A stretch of DNA of 63,640 nucleotides, counting the filler, from Chiloscyllium plagiosum (Eukaryota), in the NCBI RefSeq assembly GCF_004010195.1. It is 4 parts of one record of this genome, joined end to end, with 100 filler letters (N's around TTAATTAATTAA, not from the genome) between each part and the next. Parts side by side here need not be neighbours in the genome. Positions count along the whole stretch, not along the records: positions 45,604 to 53,934 come from NC_057714.1; positions 54,035 to 63,640 come from NC_057714.1; 2 more parts are not named here. One strand, given 5' to 3'. This document shows, in pieces, positions 51,601 to 63,640 of this stretch (position 1 is the stretch's first letter; each line of letters opens with the position of its first letter). Below the pieces are notes generated by a model. The model was not told the DNA's origin. It ran no database searches and saw only the letters and a list, made by a program, of their open reading frames with translations. Position numbers and translations under genes: made by a program.

Positions 51601-53934
51601 CCATCCACTCTGGCACGCTTGTGGCCATCAAGTCCAGGACTATTAAGGCCATCCACTCCAGCACAGTCATGGCCATCTATTTCAGCACTCTCATGGTCAT
51701 CCATTCCGGATCTCTCTTGGTCATCCATTCCAGCACTCACGTGGTCATCCATTCTGGATCTCTCATGGTCATCCACTCCAGCATTCTCATGGCCATCCAC
51801 AACAGCATCTCGTGGCCATCTATTCCTGAACTCTCGTGACCATTCTCTCCAGTATTCTCGTGGCCAGCCATTCCAGCACTCTCTTGGCCAGCCATTCGGG
51901 CACACTCGTGGCCATCCAATCCAGCACTCTCGTGGTCATCCACTCCAGCACAGTCATGGCCATCTATTTCAGCACTCTCGTGATCATCCACTCCACCACT
52001 CTCATGGCCATCCACTCCAGCACTCTCATGGCCATCCACTCCACCACTCTCATGGCCATCCATTCCAGCACTCTCATGGTAATGTATTCCAGCACTCTCA
52101 TGATCATCCACTGCAGCACTCCCATTGCCATCCACTCCAGCACTCTTGTGGTTCATTCACTCCAGCACTCTCATGGCCGTCCACTCCAGCCCTCTCCTGG
52201 CCATCAACTCCAGCACTATCGTGGCCATCCACACCAGCACTCTCCTGGCCATCCATACCAGCACTCTCGTGGCCATCCATTCCAGCACTCTCATGGTCAT
52301 CCACTCCAGCACTCTCATGGTCATCCACTCCAGCACTCTCGTGGTCATCCATTCCAGCACTCACGTGGCCATTCATTCCGGATTTCTCATGGTCATCCAC
52401 TCCAGCATTCTCGTGGCCATCCAATCCAACACTCTCATGGTCATCCTCTCCACTTACGTGGCCATTCAGTCCGGATCTCTCATGGTCATCCACTCCAGCA
52501 TTCTTGTGGCCATCCACTCCAACACTCTCGTGGTCATCCACTCCAGCACTCCCATTGCCATTCCACTCCAACACTCTCATTGCTATTCACTCCAGCACTG
52601 TCGTGGCCATTTACTCCAGCACTGTCGTGGCCATCCACTCCAGCACTCACGTAGCCATCCACTCCAGCACTCACGTAGCCATCCACTCCAGCACTCACGT
52701 AGCCATCCACTCTGGCACGCTTGTGGCCATCTACTCCAGGACTATCAAGGCCATCCACTCCAGCACTGTCATGGCCATCCATTCCAGCACTCACGTGGTC
52801 ATCCATTCTGGATCTCTCATGGTCGTCCATGCCAGCATTCTCATGGCCATCCACAACAGCACTCTCGTGGCCATCTATTCCAGAACTCTCGTGACCATCC
52901 TCTCCAGTACTCTCGTGGCCATCCACTCCAGCACTCTCGTGGTCATCCACTCCAGCACAGTCATGGCCATCTATTTCAGTACTCTCGTGATCATCCACTC
53001 CACCCCTCTCGTGGCCATCCACTCCAGCACTCTCATGGCCATCCACTCCAGCACTTTCATGGCCATCCGCTCCAGCACTCTCGTGGCCATCCAATCCAGC
53101 ATTCTCGTGGCCATCCGCTCCAGCACTCTCGTGGCCATCCGCTCCAGCATTCTCGTGGCCATCCACTCCAGCACTCTCGTGGCCATCCACTCCAGCACTC
53201 GACTGGTCATCCACTCCACCACTCTCATGGTCATCCACTCCACCACTCCCAGTGCCATTCAACTCCACCACTCTCATGGCCATCCACACCAGCACTCTCG
53301 TGGCCATCCGTTCCAGCACTCGGGGTCATCCACTCCAGCACTCTCGTGGCCATCCACTCCAGCACTCTGCTGGCCATCCGCTCCAGCACTCTCGTGGCCA
53401 TCCACTCCAGCATTCTCGTGGCCATCCACTCCAGCACTCTCGTGGCCATCCACTCCAGCACTCTCGTGGCCATCCACTCCAGCACTCTGCTGGACATCCA
53501 CTCCTGCACTCTCATGGCCATCAACTCCAGCACTCGTATGGACACCGACTCCAGCACTCTCGTGGCCATCCACTCCAGCACTGTTGAGGCCATCAATCCA
53601 GCACTCTCATGGTTCATTGACTCCAGCACTCGCATGGTCATCCATTCCAGCACTCGCATGGGCATCCATTCTACCACTCTCGTGGTCATCCAATCCTGCA
53701 CTCTCCTGGCCATCCATTCCACAATCTCCGGGCCATCCACGTCAGCACTCTCATGGTCATCAACTCCAGCACTCCCGTGGCTATCCATTCCAGCACTCTC
53801 ATGGCCATCCACTCCAGCACTCGTATGGTCATCGACTCCAGCACTCGTACGGTCATCGACTCCAGCACTGTCGTGGCCATCAATCCAGCACTCTCCAGGC
53901 GATCCACTCAAGCACTCTCCTGGCCATCCACTCC
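45603..53934. repeat. 24-bp-unit minisatellite, consensus CCACTCCAGCACTCTC(G/A)TGGCCAT
   Basis: Roughly 300 diverged tandem units with one internal gap (47065-47802). Both ends abut gaps. Confidence 0.97.
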
Positions 53935-54034
53935 NNNNNNNNNNNNNNNNNNNNNNNNNNNNNNNNNNNNNNNNNNNNTTAATTAATTAANNNNNNNNNN
54001 NNNNNNNNNNNNNNNNNNNNNNNNNNNNNNNNNN

Positions 54035-55565
54035 TTTTATTCCTGGTACTCCTTGCGTTAAAGCAAACACACTTTAACTGATCTCTTGGTTCTTTCCCAG
54101 GAAAATCCTTCCCACTAGCTGGTCTACCTCTTGCTATTGCCTCATCTGCATCAACTCTCACCTCCGGTATACAGCTCAGGTTCCCACCCCCCTGCCATAC
54201 TAGTTTAAACCCTCTTGAACTACTCGAGCAAACCTTCCACCCAGGACTTTGGTCCCCGTCCTTCTTGTACAGGTCCCACCTTCCCCAGAAGGCATCCCAA
54301 TTATCTACATATCTGAAGTCCTCCCTCCTACACCAGCTGCGCAGCCACGTGTTAAGCTGCGCCCGCTCCCTGTTCCTCGCCTCGCTATCTCGTGGCGCCG
54401 GTAGTAAACTCGAGAACACTACTCTGTTAGTCCTGCTTTGCAGCTTCCATCCTAACTCCCTGGAATCACTTTTTATATCTTCAATCCTTTTCCTGGCTAT
54501 GTCATTAGTGCCATTATGTAACACGATTTCTGGCTGTTCGCCCTCCCCTTTTAGAACCTTATACACTCGATCGGAGACGTCCCGGACCCTGGCACCAGGG
54601 AGGCAACATACCTTCCGGGAATCCCGATCCTGACCACAAAATCTCGTGTCGATTCCCCTAACTATCGAGTCCCCTACCACGAGTACTTTTCTATTCTGCC
54701 CCCTTCTCTTCTTTGCCACAGTGTCAGGCTCAGTGCCAGAGAACTGACTGCTATGGCTTTCCTCTGGTAGGTCATCCCCCCCAGCAGTATCCAAAACGAT
54801 ATACTTATTGCTGAGGGGAATATCCACAGGGGATCTCTGCACTGACTGTCTGTCCCCTTTCCTCCCCCTAACAGTAACCCATCTATCCTTGTCCTGAGCC
54901 TTAGGAGTGACCAACTTCCGGTAACTCCTCTCAATTACCCCCTCAGCCTCCCGAATGATCCGTAGTTCATCCAGCTCCAGCTCCAATTCCCTAACATGGT
55001 TTTCAAGGAGCTGGAGTTGGGTGCATTTCCCGCAGGTGTAGCCAGCGGAGATGTGTGCCATGTCTTCCACCTGCCCCATTCTGCAGGAGGAGCAAGCAAC
55101 TGCCATAGCATCCATACCTGACTTATCTGAACACGCACTCAGTACCAAAATAGAAAGCTTAGTTCAAGTTGCTATAAAATTAATAATAAACTTATATTCA
55201 ATTGAGGAAGTTTAGAATAAACGTTACCTTATTAACTAGGTTAGAGGAGGAGCGCAGGTGGGAGACTCGACAGTTATAGAGTCTCGGGTTTAGCCGCCTT
55301 GCTGATATATTTGGTCATTGCTTTCCTTCCTGGCTGCCCCTCGTCACTTCCTCCGCTGCTCCCGCTCCTTCTGTGAAAGGGAAAAACACCGCTGTCCGCT
55401 AACGGTAAGTAATTTTTTTTAAAAACTGCCTAACCTTAGCTGCAGTCTTCCAGGTTCGTCTTACCTCCGCTGCTGCTCGCACTCAAAATGGCGAAGGGCG
55501 AGTATTTATACTCGCTGCTTACCTTCCCGGCTGCCCCTCTGGTCCTCGTCACTTCCCCCGCTGTT
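54035..55565 (-). mobile_element. CR1 LINE 5' end with largely open ORF1 and start of ORF2
   Basis: CSSCRM...YTCGKC, ELELELDELR zipper, VVGDSIVR, CCLPGARV, HNGTND, then LKCVCFNARS (endonuclease start). The 5'UTR has an internal repeat TCGTCACTTCC.CCGCTG. Confidence 0.92.
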
Positions 55566-56420
55566 GCCAGGGTTCGAGGATTTGAGTTTTAGAGTGAGAC
55601 TGAATATGGTGGGGCTGTTTTCCCTGGAGCATCAGAGGTTGATGACACCAAAATTGGAGGTGTAGTGGACAGCGAAGAAGGTCACCTTAGATTATAATGG
55701 GATCTTGATCAGATGGGCCAATGGGCTGAGGAGTGGTAGATGGAGTTTAATTTAGATAAATGCAAAGTGTTGCATTTTGGAAAATCAAATCAGAGCAGGA
55801 CTTATACATTTAATGGTGAGGTCCTAGGGATTTTTGCTGAACAAAGAAATCTTGGGGTGCAGGTTCGTAACTCCTTGAAAGTAGAGTCACAGGTAGATAG
55901 GATAGTGAAGGCGGCATTTGGAAAGATGTTGTGAAACTTGAAAGGGCTCAGAAAAAATTGACAAGGATGTTGCCAGGGTTGGAGGATTTGAGTTTTAGAG
56001 TGAGGCTGAATAGGTGGGGCTGTTTTCCCTGGAGCATCAGAGGCTGAGGGATGACCTCAGGTGTATAAAATCATGAGGGGCATGGATAGGATAAATAGGC
56101 AAAGTCTTTTCCCTTGGGTGGGGGAAAAGTCCAGAACAAGAGGGCTTAGATTTAGAGTGAGAGCGGAAAGATATATAAAGGGACCTAAGGGGCAACTTTT
56201 TCCGCACAGATTGTTGTGTATATGGAATGACCTACCAGAGAAAGTGGTGGAGGCTGGTACAATGACATTTGTAAAACATCTTGATGGGTATATGAATAAG
56301 AAGGGTTTAGAGGGATACGGGCCAAATGGGTGGCAAATGGGACTAGATTAGGTTAGGATATCTGGTAGGGGTAGATGAGTTTGACCAAAGGGTCTGTTTC
56401 CGTGTGGTATATCTCTATTA
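55562..56420 (+). mobile_element. Rearranged CR1 3' fragment
   Basis: RT C-terminal motifs. 55562-55640 duplicates 55968-56048 out of order. Confidence 0.85.
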
Positions 56421-57259
56421 CTTTGCAAATTAACTTTAGCCTCTTTGATAGTCCCAAGCCCTTCCTGAAAAATCCTGGGCGTTTCACCTGGACTTCACTG
56501 ACACAGCAGTGTTCCAGTCGAAAAATGTTGAGCTGATCAAGGTGTATCTTTATCAACCAATAGGCTTGGGCCGAAGCCTCCTACTACCATCAGTGGTAAC
56601 TGTACCAAACTGATTTTCATAAGAGATCAGAATTGAAGTCATACCCTTCATTGGCAATGATATCCTGCATACATTCTCAGTCTGGCTGAGGTTTTTCACA
56701 AGCTTAAAAGTTAGTGTCCCGAGCAAGTCTTATTAAAGACAGATTCTGAAACCACAGACAGCTGCACTGGTATTGACCTCTATGGGAACTGGGTGACCAG
56801 TTAACCAAACATTAATTTTAAATTGGCTCTAATTTGGGTGTGTTAGTAAGCTATGTGTTTGTTCCAACCCACATGTAGAGGGACTTGAGGGTGCACACAC
56901 TCCTGGGTAGTGGCCTACAAGTTTTCTTACTCAAGACAGACCTTGTGGGACTACTTTGCTATCTCAAATCCACATACCAGCAGAAACTACAATGGCTTGC
57001 CAGCTCAGATCCTGAAGAACTGTATTGCTGCTTGACTGAGGCTCAGCTTTGTTGTGGGTTGGCCAAAGATCCCACTGCTCAGGAGATGCCCTGTACTCGG
57101 TTCTGCAATTGTTTACACTCAAGTGGTGTTCCACAAGCTCAGAGGTGAGGGTGTCCACTTGGGATCCTCTGTAGTTCCCATGCTCCACTTACATTTTCTA
57201 ATAACAAGGCCAGCTACAGTGCCTGTTTGAAGTCCAATTTGGTTTCAGCTAGTAGGCAT

Positions 57260-58240
57260 TAGAAACATAGAAACAGAAAAAAATCTGTGTACATGGACAC
57301 CAAGATCCCTCTGCTCATCCACACCACCAAGTATCCGACCATTAGCCCAGTACCCCATCTTTTTGTTACTCTTACCAAAGTGAATCACCTCACACTTACC
57401 TACATTGAACTCCATTTGCCACCTTTCTGCCCAGCTCTGCAGCTTATCTATATCCCGCTGTAACCTGACACATGCTTCCTCACTGTCAACAACTCCACCG
57501 ACTTTCGTATCATCCGCGAACTTACTCACCCAACCTTCTAGCCCCTCCTCCAGGTCATTAATAAAAATGACAAACAGCAATGATCCCAAAACAGATCCTT
57601 GCGGAACACCGCTAGTAACTGCACTCCAAGATGAACCTTTACCATCAACTACTACCCTCTGTCTTCTTCCAGCCAGCCAATTCCTAATCCAAACCTCCAA
57701 CTCACCCTCAATGCCATACCTCCGTATTTTTTGCAGTAGCCTACCAAGCGGAACCTTATCAAATGCCTTACTAAAATCCATATACACCACATCTACCGCT
57801 TTACCCACGTCCACCTCCTTAGTCACCTTCTCAAAGAATTCAATAAGGTTTGTGAGGCACGGCCTGCCCTTCACAAAACCATGCTGACTATCCTTGATCA
57901 CATTATTCCTATCCAGATGTTCATAAATCCTATCCCTTACAATTCTCTCTAAGACTTTGCCCACAACAGAAGTGAGACTCACCGGCCTATAGTTACTAGG
58001 GTTATCCCTACTCCCCTTCTTGAACAAGGGAAACACATTTGCTATCCTCCAGTCTTCTGGCACTATTCCTGTAGACAACGAGGACATAAAAAACAAGGCC
58101 AATGGATCTGCAATCTCCTCCCTTGCTTCCCAGAGAATCCTAAGATAAATGCCATCAGGCCCAGGGGACTTATCTATTTTCACCCTTTCCAGAATTTCCA
58201 ATTCCTCTTCCCTACTTACCTCAAAGCCATCCATTCTAAT
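57260..58240 (-). mobile_element. Young CR1 ORF2 reverse transcriptase fragment
   Basis: 329-aa open frame with KSPGPDG, NYRPVSLTS, QHGF, DFSKAFDKV, GVPQGSVLG and KFADDTK. Confidence 0.95.
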
Positions 58241-58878
58241 TAATTGTGCACTTCTGCATGGCTACACCATTAAACCCATATTCCAAACATTCTCTCAGCA
58301 GCTCATTTAGGGTTAACCTAAAATGACATGCTTCTACCAATCATCACAACCTCAAAAATCCCAATACAGATTTTCCTTGTTCTTTAACAGACAAACCAAT
58401 AGCACCTCAGGATTAGGAGGTCATAACATTCCTTAAATCAACTCCACAAACCTTTCAAAGGTTTTAATGTTTAGTGCTTCTGGGAAAGTTAAGCCCCTTA
58501 TAACCAAAAATGCTGCAGGTCCAAAAGCAGTAAGAATTGCTCATTACCTTTCATCTGCTCCAGTGTTATTTGCCCAAAGAAAATAATCACATACTTTCCA
58601 TGTACTGGGCCCAGTCTTTATCACAGTATCAAATGAGTCAAGCTACCCAAATAGAACATGATGTCAGAAATGCTCAGCCCAACTCCAAGATGACAGTTAC
58701 AACCAAATGTTCTTCTAGCACATCCTGTTTTCTCCCATTGTCCTTTGTACAGTTATTTTGGTAGCAATATCCCATCAGCAAACTACCCTTTATTTACTAC
58801 TGTATACTACACTGGCTGTAGCCAACCAACTCAGAATCAATCCTCAACTAATGAAATTCTAATCTGTTTTCATTTCTT

Positions 58879-61800
58879 CTAATCTGGATATATATTTTTT
58901 TTTTGTGCGGTAGTGCTTATTTTTTACCCAGCACCAATGGTGTGTGTGTTTTTTTTTATTACTCTTGATCTGTTTTTTCTCTTTCTTTTCTTTTTTTTAA
59001 ACCACGCCCCCCTCCCACTGCGGTAGTGCTTATTTTTTACCACAGCTGCTTTTTTTTAAAATTTATTAACCCCCACACTACCACCTAAGTACGGTAGTGC
59101 TTATTTTTTCCCCAGCACCCATGGTGTGTGTGTGCAGGTGTGAGAAAAAGTGAAAGACGCAAAGTGCACGGATCTTTATTCAAATTCCACCAGCAGGAAG
59201 ATAGGAAAACACCCGGGTGGCCAGTGACAAACACTGCCCTTCACATCAAAGGGCAGTGCTGTGTGATCAAAACAGTGAAGGGGAGGGGAGGGACTAAATC
59301 AAACTGGAGTTGGAGGGAGAAATGATGCACACCACTCACTGCGGCGCCCACCTCTCCCTGAACAACTCCAGGGTGTTGGTGGACACCGCGTGCTCCTTCT
59401 CCAAGGACACCGCCGAAGAGGGGCAGGCAGTCGGCCTTAACGACCCCCTCCACGGCCCGCTGCCTGGACCTGTTAATGGCCAGTTTGGCCAGGCCCAGGA
59501 GCAGACCCACGAGGAGGTCTTCAGACCTGCCCTCCTTCCTCCGTACCGGGTGCCCAAAGATCAGGAGCGTGGGACTGAAGTGCAACCAAAAGCAGAGGAG
59601 GAGGTTTTTCAGGAAATCAAAAAGGGAGTGCAAACGCCCACACCCAATATACACGTGGTCCATTGACTCCACAGCACCACAGAACAAGCAGTTGGGCTGG
59701 GAGTCCGTGAATCACCGCAATCTGCGGTTGCAGCGGACTGCTGCGTGCAGCACCCTCCACCCCAGATCCCCGAGAGAATCTAATCTGGTTTATATTTAAC
59801 CCTCACACTACCACCTAAGTGCGGTAGTGCTTATTTTTCTAATCTGGTTTTTTTTTTCTCTCTTTTTTTTTCCTCTTTTTTTCTTTTTTTTTGATAGGAA
59901 AACACCCGGTTGGCACTCCTGTGTTTTTTATTATATATTAACCCCCACACTACCACCTAAGTGCGGTAGTGCTTGTTTTACCCAGCACCCATGGTGTGTG
60001 TGTGTAGGTGTGGGACATAGTGAGAGACACAAAGTGCACAAATCTTTATTCAAATTCCACCACCAGGAAGATAGGAAAACACCCGGGTGGCCAGTGACAA
60101 ACACTGCTCTTCACATCAAAGGGCAGTGCTGTGTGATCAAAACAGTGAGGGGGAGGGGAGGGACTAAATCAAAATAGAGTTGGAGGGAGAAATGATGCAC
60201 TCCACTCCCTGCGGCGCCCACCTCTCCCTGAACAACTCCAGGGTGTTGGTGGACACCGCGTGCTCCCTCTCCAAGGACACCCGGGCTCTAACGTAACCGC
60301 GGAAGAGGGGCAGGCAGTCGGCCTTAATGACCCCCTCCACGGCCCGCTGCCCGGACCTGTTAATGGCCAGTTTGGCCAGGCCCAGGAGCAGACCCACGAG
60401 GAGGTCTTCAGACCTGCCCTCCTTCCTCCGTACCGGGTGCCCAAAGATCAGGAGCGTGGGACTGAAGTGCAACCAAACGCAGAGGAGGAGGTTTTTAAGA
60501 AAATCAAAAAGGGAGTGCAAACGCCCACACCCAACATATACATGGTCCACGGACTCCACAGCACCACAGAACAAGCAGTTGGGCTGGGAGTCCGTGAACT
60601 ATCGCAATCTGTGGTTGCAGGGGACTGCTGCGTGCAGCACCCTCCACTCCAGAACCCCGAGAGAATCTAACCCCCACACTACCACCTAAGTGCAGTAGTG
60701 CTTATTTTTCTAATCTGGCTATATCTCTTTTCCTTTTTTCTTTGTCGACACCGCGTGCTCCTTCTCCAAGGACACCTGGGCTCTAACGTAACTCCCTGTT
60801 TTTGTAACCCCCATACTACCACCTAAGTGCGGTAGTGCTTATTTTTTCCCCAGCATCCATGGTGTGTGTGTGCAGGTGTGAGACACAGTGAAAGACACAA
60901 AGTGCACGGGGTTATATTTTTCTTTTTTTTTACCCGGGTGGCCAGTGACAAACACTGTCCTTCACATCGAAGGGCAATGCTGTGTGATCAAAACAGTGAA
61001 GGACACTCCTGATTATTTTTTTTTCTTTAACCCCCACACTTCCACCTAAGTGCGGTAGTGCTTATTTTTTCCCCAGCACCCATGGTGTGTGTGTGCAGGT
61101 GTGAGACACAGTGAAAGACACAAAGTGCACAAATCTTTATTCAGTTTCCACCATCAGGAAGATAGGAAAACACCCGAGTGGCCTGTGACAAACACTGCCC
61201 TTCACATCAAAGGGCAGTGCTGTGTGATCAAAACAGTGAAGGGGAAGGTAGGGACTAAATCAAAATAGAGTTGGAGGGAGAAATGATGCACTCCACTCCC
61301 TGCTATCTAATCTGGTTATATGTTTTTTCTTTTTTTTTCTTTAAAAAATATAAACCCCGTGTTTTTTTTTATTTTAACCCCCACATTACCACCTAAGTGC
61401 GGTAGTGCTTATTTTTTCCCCAGCACCCATGGTGTGTGTGTATACGTGTGAGACACAGTGAAAGACACAAAGTGCACAAATCTTTATTCAAATTCCACCA
61501 CCAGGAAGATAGGAAAACACCCGGGTGGCCAGTGATAAACACTGCCCTTCACATCAAAGGGCAGTGCTGTGTGATCAAAAACAGTGAAGGGGGAGGGTAG
61601 GGACTAAATCAAAATAGAGTTGGAGGGAGAAATGATGCACTCCACTCCCTGCGGCGCCCATCTCTCCCTGAACAACCCCAGGGTGTTGGTCGACACCGCG
61701 TGCTCCTTCTCCAAGGACACCCGGGCTCTATCTAATCTCGTTATTTTTTTTTATTTTATTAAACAAATTACAAAACCAGTTTACAACAAACAGTTACATT

Positions 61801-63640
61801 TACAGCTGCATACAAGAGACAGCAATTTTACAAGGGAGAGGAGCAGCAAAGCCAGGCCCCAAACCCTACCTTCAAACAGTTTACAGGGACATGAGGACAA
61901 ACCTCAAATCCCAGTTTCACATAAAGATATAAAGAAACAACAGCAATGACAGTTGTACATTACACAGTACTGTTACATACAAAAGTGCAGACAATACAGA
62001 CTCAGCAAGCCCCCGCCCCTCCCACCTTCCGACCAGTAAGGAAGCCCGCCCCTACCCACCTTCCGGTTCTCGGTCCACCCCATGCCCCTTCCAGTTCTCG
62101 GGTCCGCCCTGACACACCTTTCGACCACCTCTAGGACAGCCCGCCCCAGGAACCCGCCAGGGGTGACAGTGGTCAGGACAGCCTACCCACCTTCCGGCTT
62201 CACTAACCATCCTCAGCACCTTCCGACCTCCTCTGAGGCAGCCCGCCCCAGTACCCGCCCGGGGTGACAGCGCTGAGGACGGCTACCCGCCTTCTGGCTC
62301 TCAGTCTGCCCCGACGTACCATTGGGCTCTTTGCATCTCCGACTAGTGGGCTATCCTGGCACACCTTTCGGCCACCTCTAGGACAGCCCGTCTCCTTCCC
62401 TGGGACGACAGCGTGTAGGGTAGCCCACAAGCCTTCCAGATCTCAGCCCGCCCCTACGCGCCTTCTGGCTCTCAGCTGCTCTGACACCTTTCGACCACCT
62501 CTAGGACAGCCCATCCCGATTACCCCTTCTCGGGACGACAGTGCTCAGAACAGCCTACCCACCATCTGGCTCTCGGGGCAACTGGCATCAGGGTGGCCTA
62601 CCCACCCTCCGGCTTTTGGGACAGCCTATCAACCTTCAGATTCACAGGATGGCCTACCCACCCTCCGGCTCTCGGGGTGACAGCTTCCAGGACGACCCAT
62701 AAGCCTCCCAGCTCACAGCAAGGCCTGCCAGACCAGGGACACGCAAGACAGTGCGGGTGATAGACCCAGGAAACACCACAATACAGTTAGTTACGCAAAA
62801 AAAAACACAAAAGAAAACTCCTTTCTGGAACACAGTCCAAATCTATAGTCTTCAAGATATGGAATCCATTTCCAGGTAGAGTCCTAATCTGGTTATATAT
62901 TTTTTTTCTTTGTGTGAGACACAGTGGAAGACACAAAGTGCACAAATGTTTATTCAATTTCCACCACCAGGAAGACAGGAAAACACCCGGGTGGCCGGTG
63001 ACAAACACTGCCCTTCACAGCAAGGGACAGTGCTGTGTGATCAAAACAGTGAAGGGGAGGGTAGGAACTAAATCAAAATAGAGTTGGAGGGAGAAATGAT
63101 GCACTCCACTCCCTGCGGCGCCCACCTCTCCCTGAACAACTCCAGGGTGTTGGTCGACACCGCGTGCTCCTTCTCCAAGGACACCCGGGCTTACTAATCT
63201 GGTTATATATTTTTTTTCTCTTTTTTTTTTATTTTTTTTTCCCCCTTTAACCCCCACACTACCACCTAAGTGCGGTAGTGCTCATTTTATCCCCAGCACC
63301 CATGGTGTGTGTGCGCAGGTGTGAGACACAGTGAGAGACAAAATGATGCACTCCACTCCCTGCGGCGCCCACCTCTCCCTGAACAACCCCAGGGTGTTGG
63401 TGGACACCGCGTGCTCCTTCTCCAAGGACACCCGGGCTCTAACGTAGCCGCGGAAGAGGGGCAGGCAACTAATCTGGTTATATTTTGTTTTTCTTTTTTT
63501 TTCCTCCCTCCTCCGTACCGGTTCAATCCCCTCTTTATTCTTTTTTTTAACCCCCACACTACCACCTAAGTGCGGTAGTGCTTATTTTATCCCCAGCACC
63601 CATGGTGTGTGTGCGCAGGTGTGAGACACAGTGAGAGACA
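58879..63640 (-). mobile_element. Head-to-tail array of 5'-truncated Tx1-clade non-LTR retrotransposons
   Basis: Repeated ORF2 C-terminus (C.FCGAVESVDHVYVGC zinc knuckle...LLLGLAKLAINRSR...LFRERWAPQG), shared 3'UTR with AATAAA and A-tails. Units are separated by CTAATCTGGTTATAT. The array runs off the window end. Confidence 0.85.
61741..62883 (-). mobile_element. Second, unrelated retroposed 3' end inside the Tx1 array
   Basis: A-tail and AATAAA at ~61744-61760, and an ~1 kb GC-rich body with three copies of ACACCTTTCG.CCACCTCTAGGACAGCCC. It is flanked by the target motif at 61732 and 62884. Confidence 0.6.

Noticed and set aside
45603..53934. CRISPR-like array
   Set aside because: The units are directly tandem with no unique spacers, there are no cas genes, and the context is eukaryotic.
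45552..53990. Dozens of long ORFs (up to 1041 aa) as protein-coding genes
   Set aside because: They are a by-product of a stop-free 24-bp unit and N-runs. Frames switch at indels and there is no unique domain or splice context.

Overview
Vertebrate genomic DNA, almost certainly from a cartilaginous fish (shark). The basis is abundant HER1/CR1 LINEs, HE1 V-SINEs, a DeuSINE and shark-type Penelope elements, recognised by eye. Main contents: (1) A decayed endogenous retrovirus (ERV) on the minus strand (415-~6930). It has one LTR and a gag with MHR and two zinc knuckles. Its pro-pol segment is internally deleted and inverted relative to gag/env. Its env TM subunit aligns without gaps to filovirus GP2/ASLV-type fusion subunits, and a Tigger-like MITE sits in the env signal peptide. 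(2) The first three coding exons (105 aa) of a small, secreted, cysteine-containing uncharacterised protein gene on the plus strand, head-to-head with the ERV. (3) A long repeat-rich region with many CR1 fragments, a Harbinger relic, Penelope pLTRs with minimal hammerhead ribozymes, and a tRNA-Ser pseudogene. (4) An ~8.3 kb minisatellite with a 24-bp unit and higher-order structure, which generates most of the long ORFs in the track. (5) A tandem array of Tx1-like 3' ends (58.9 kb to window end) separated by a recurring 15-bp motif, suggesting a site-specific insertion hotspot used by two element families. Three gaps contain an artificial TTAATTAATTAA linker, so adjacency across them is uncertain. 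All family assignments come from manual translation and remembered consensus motifs, not database searches.
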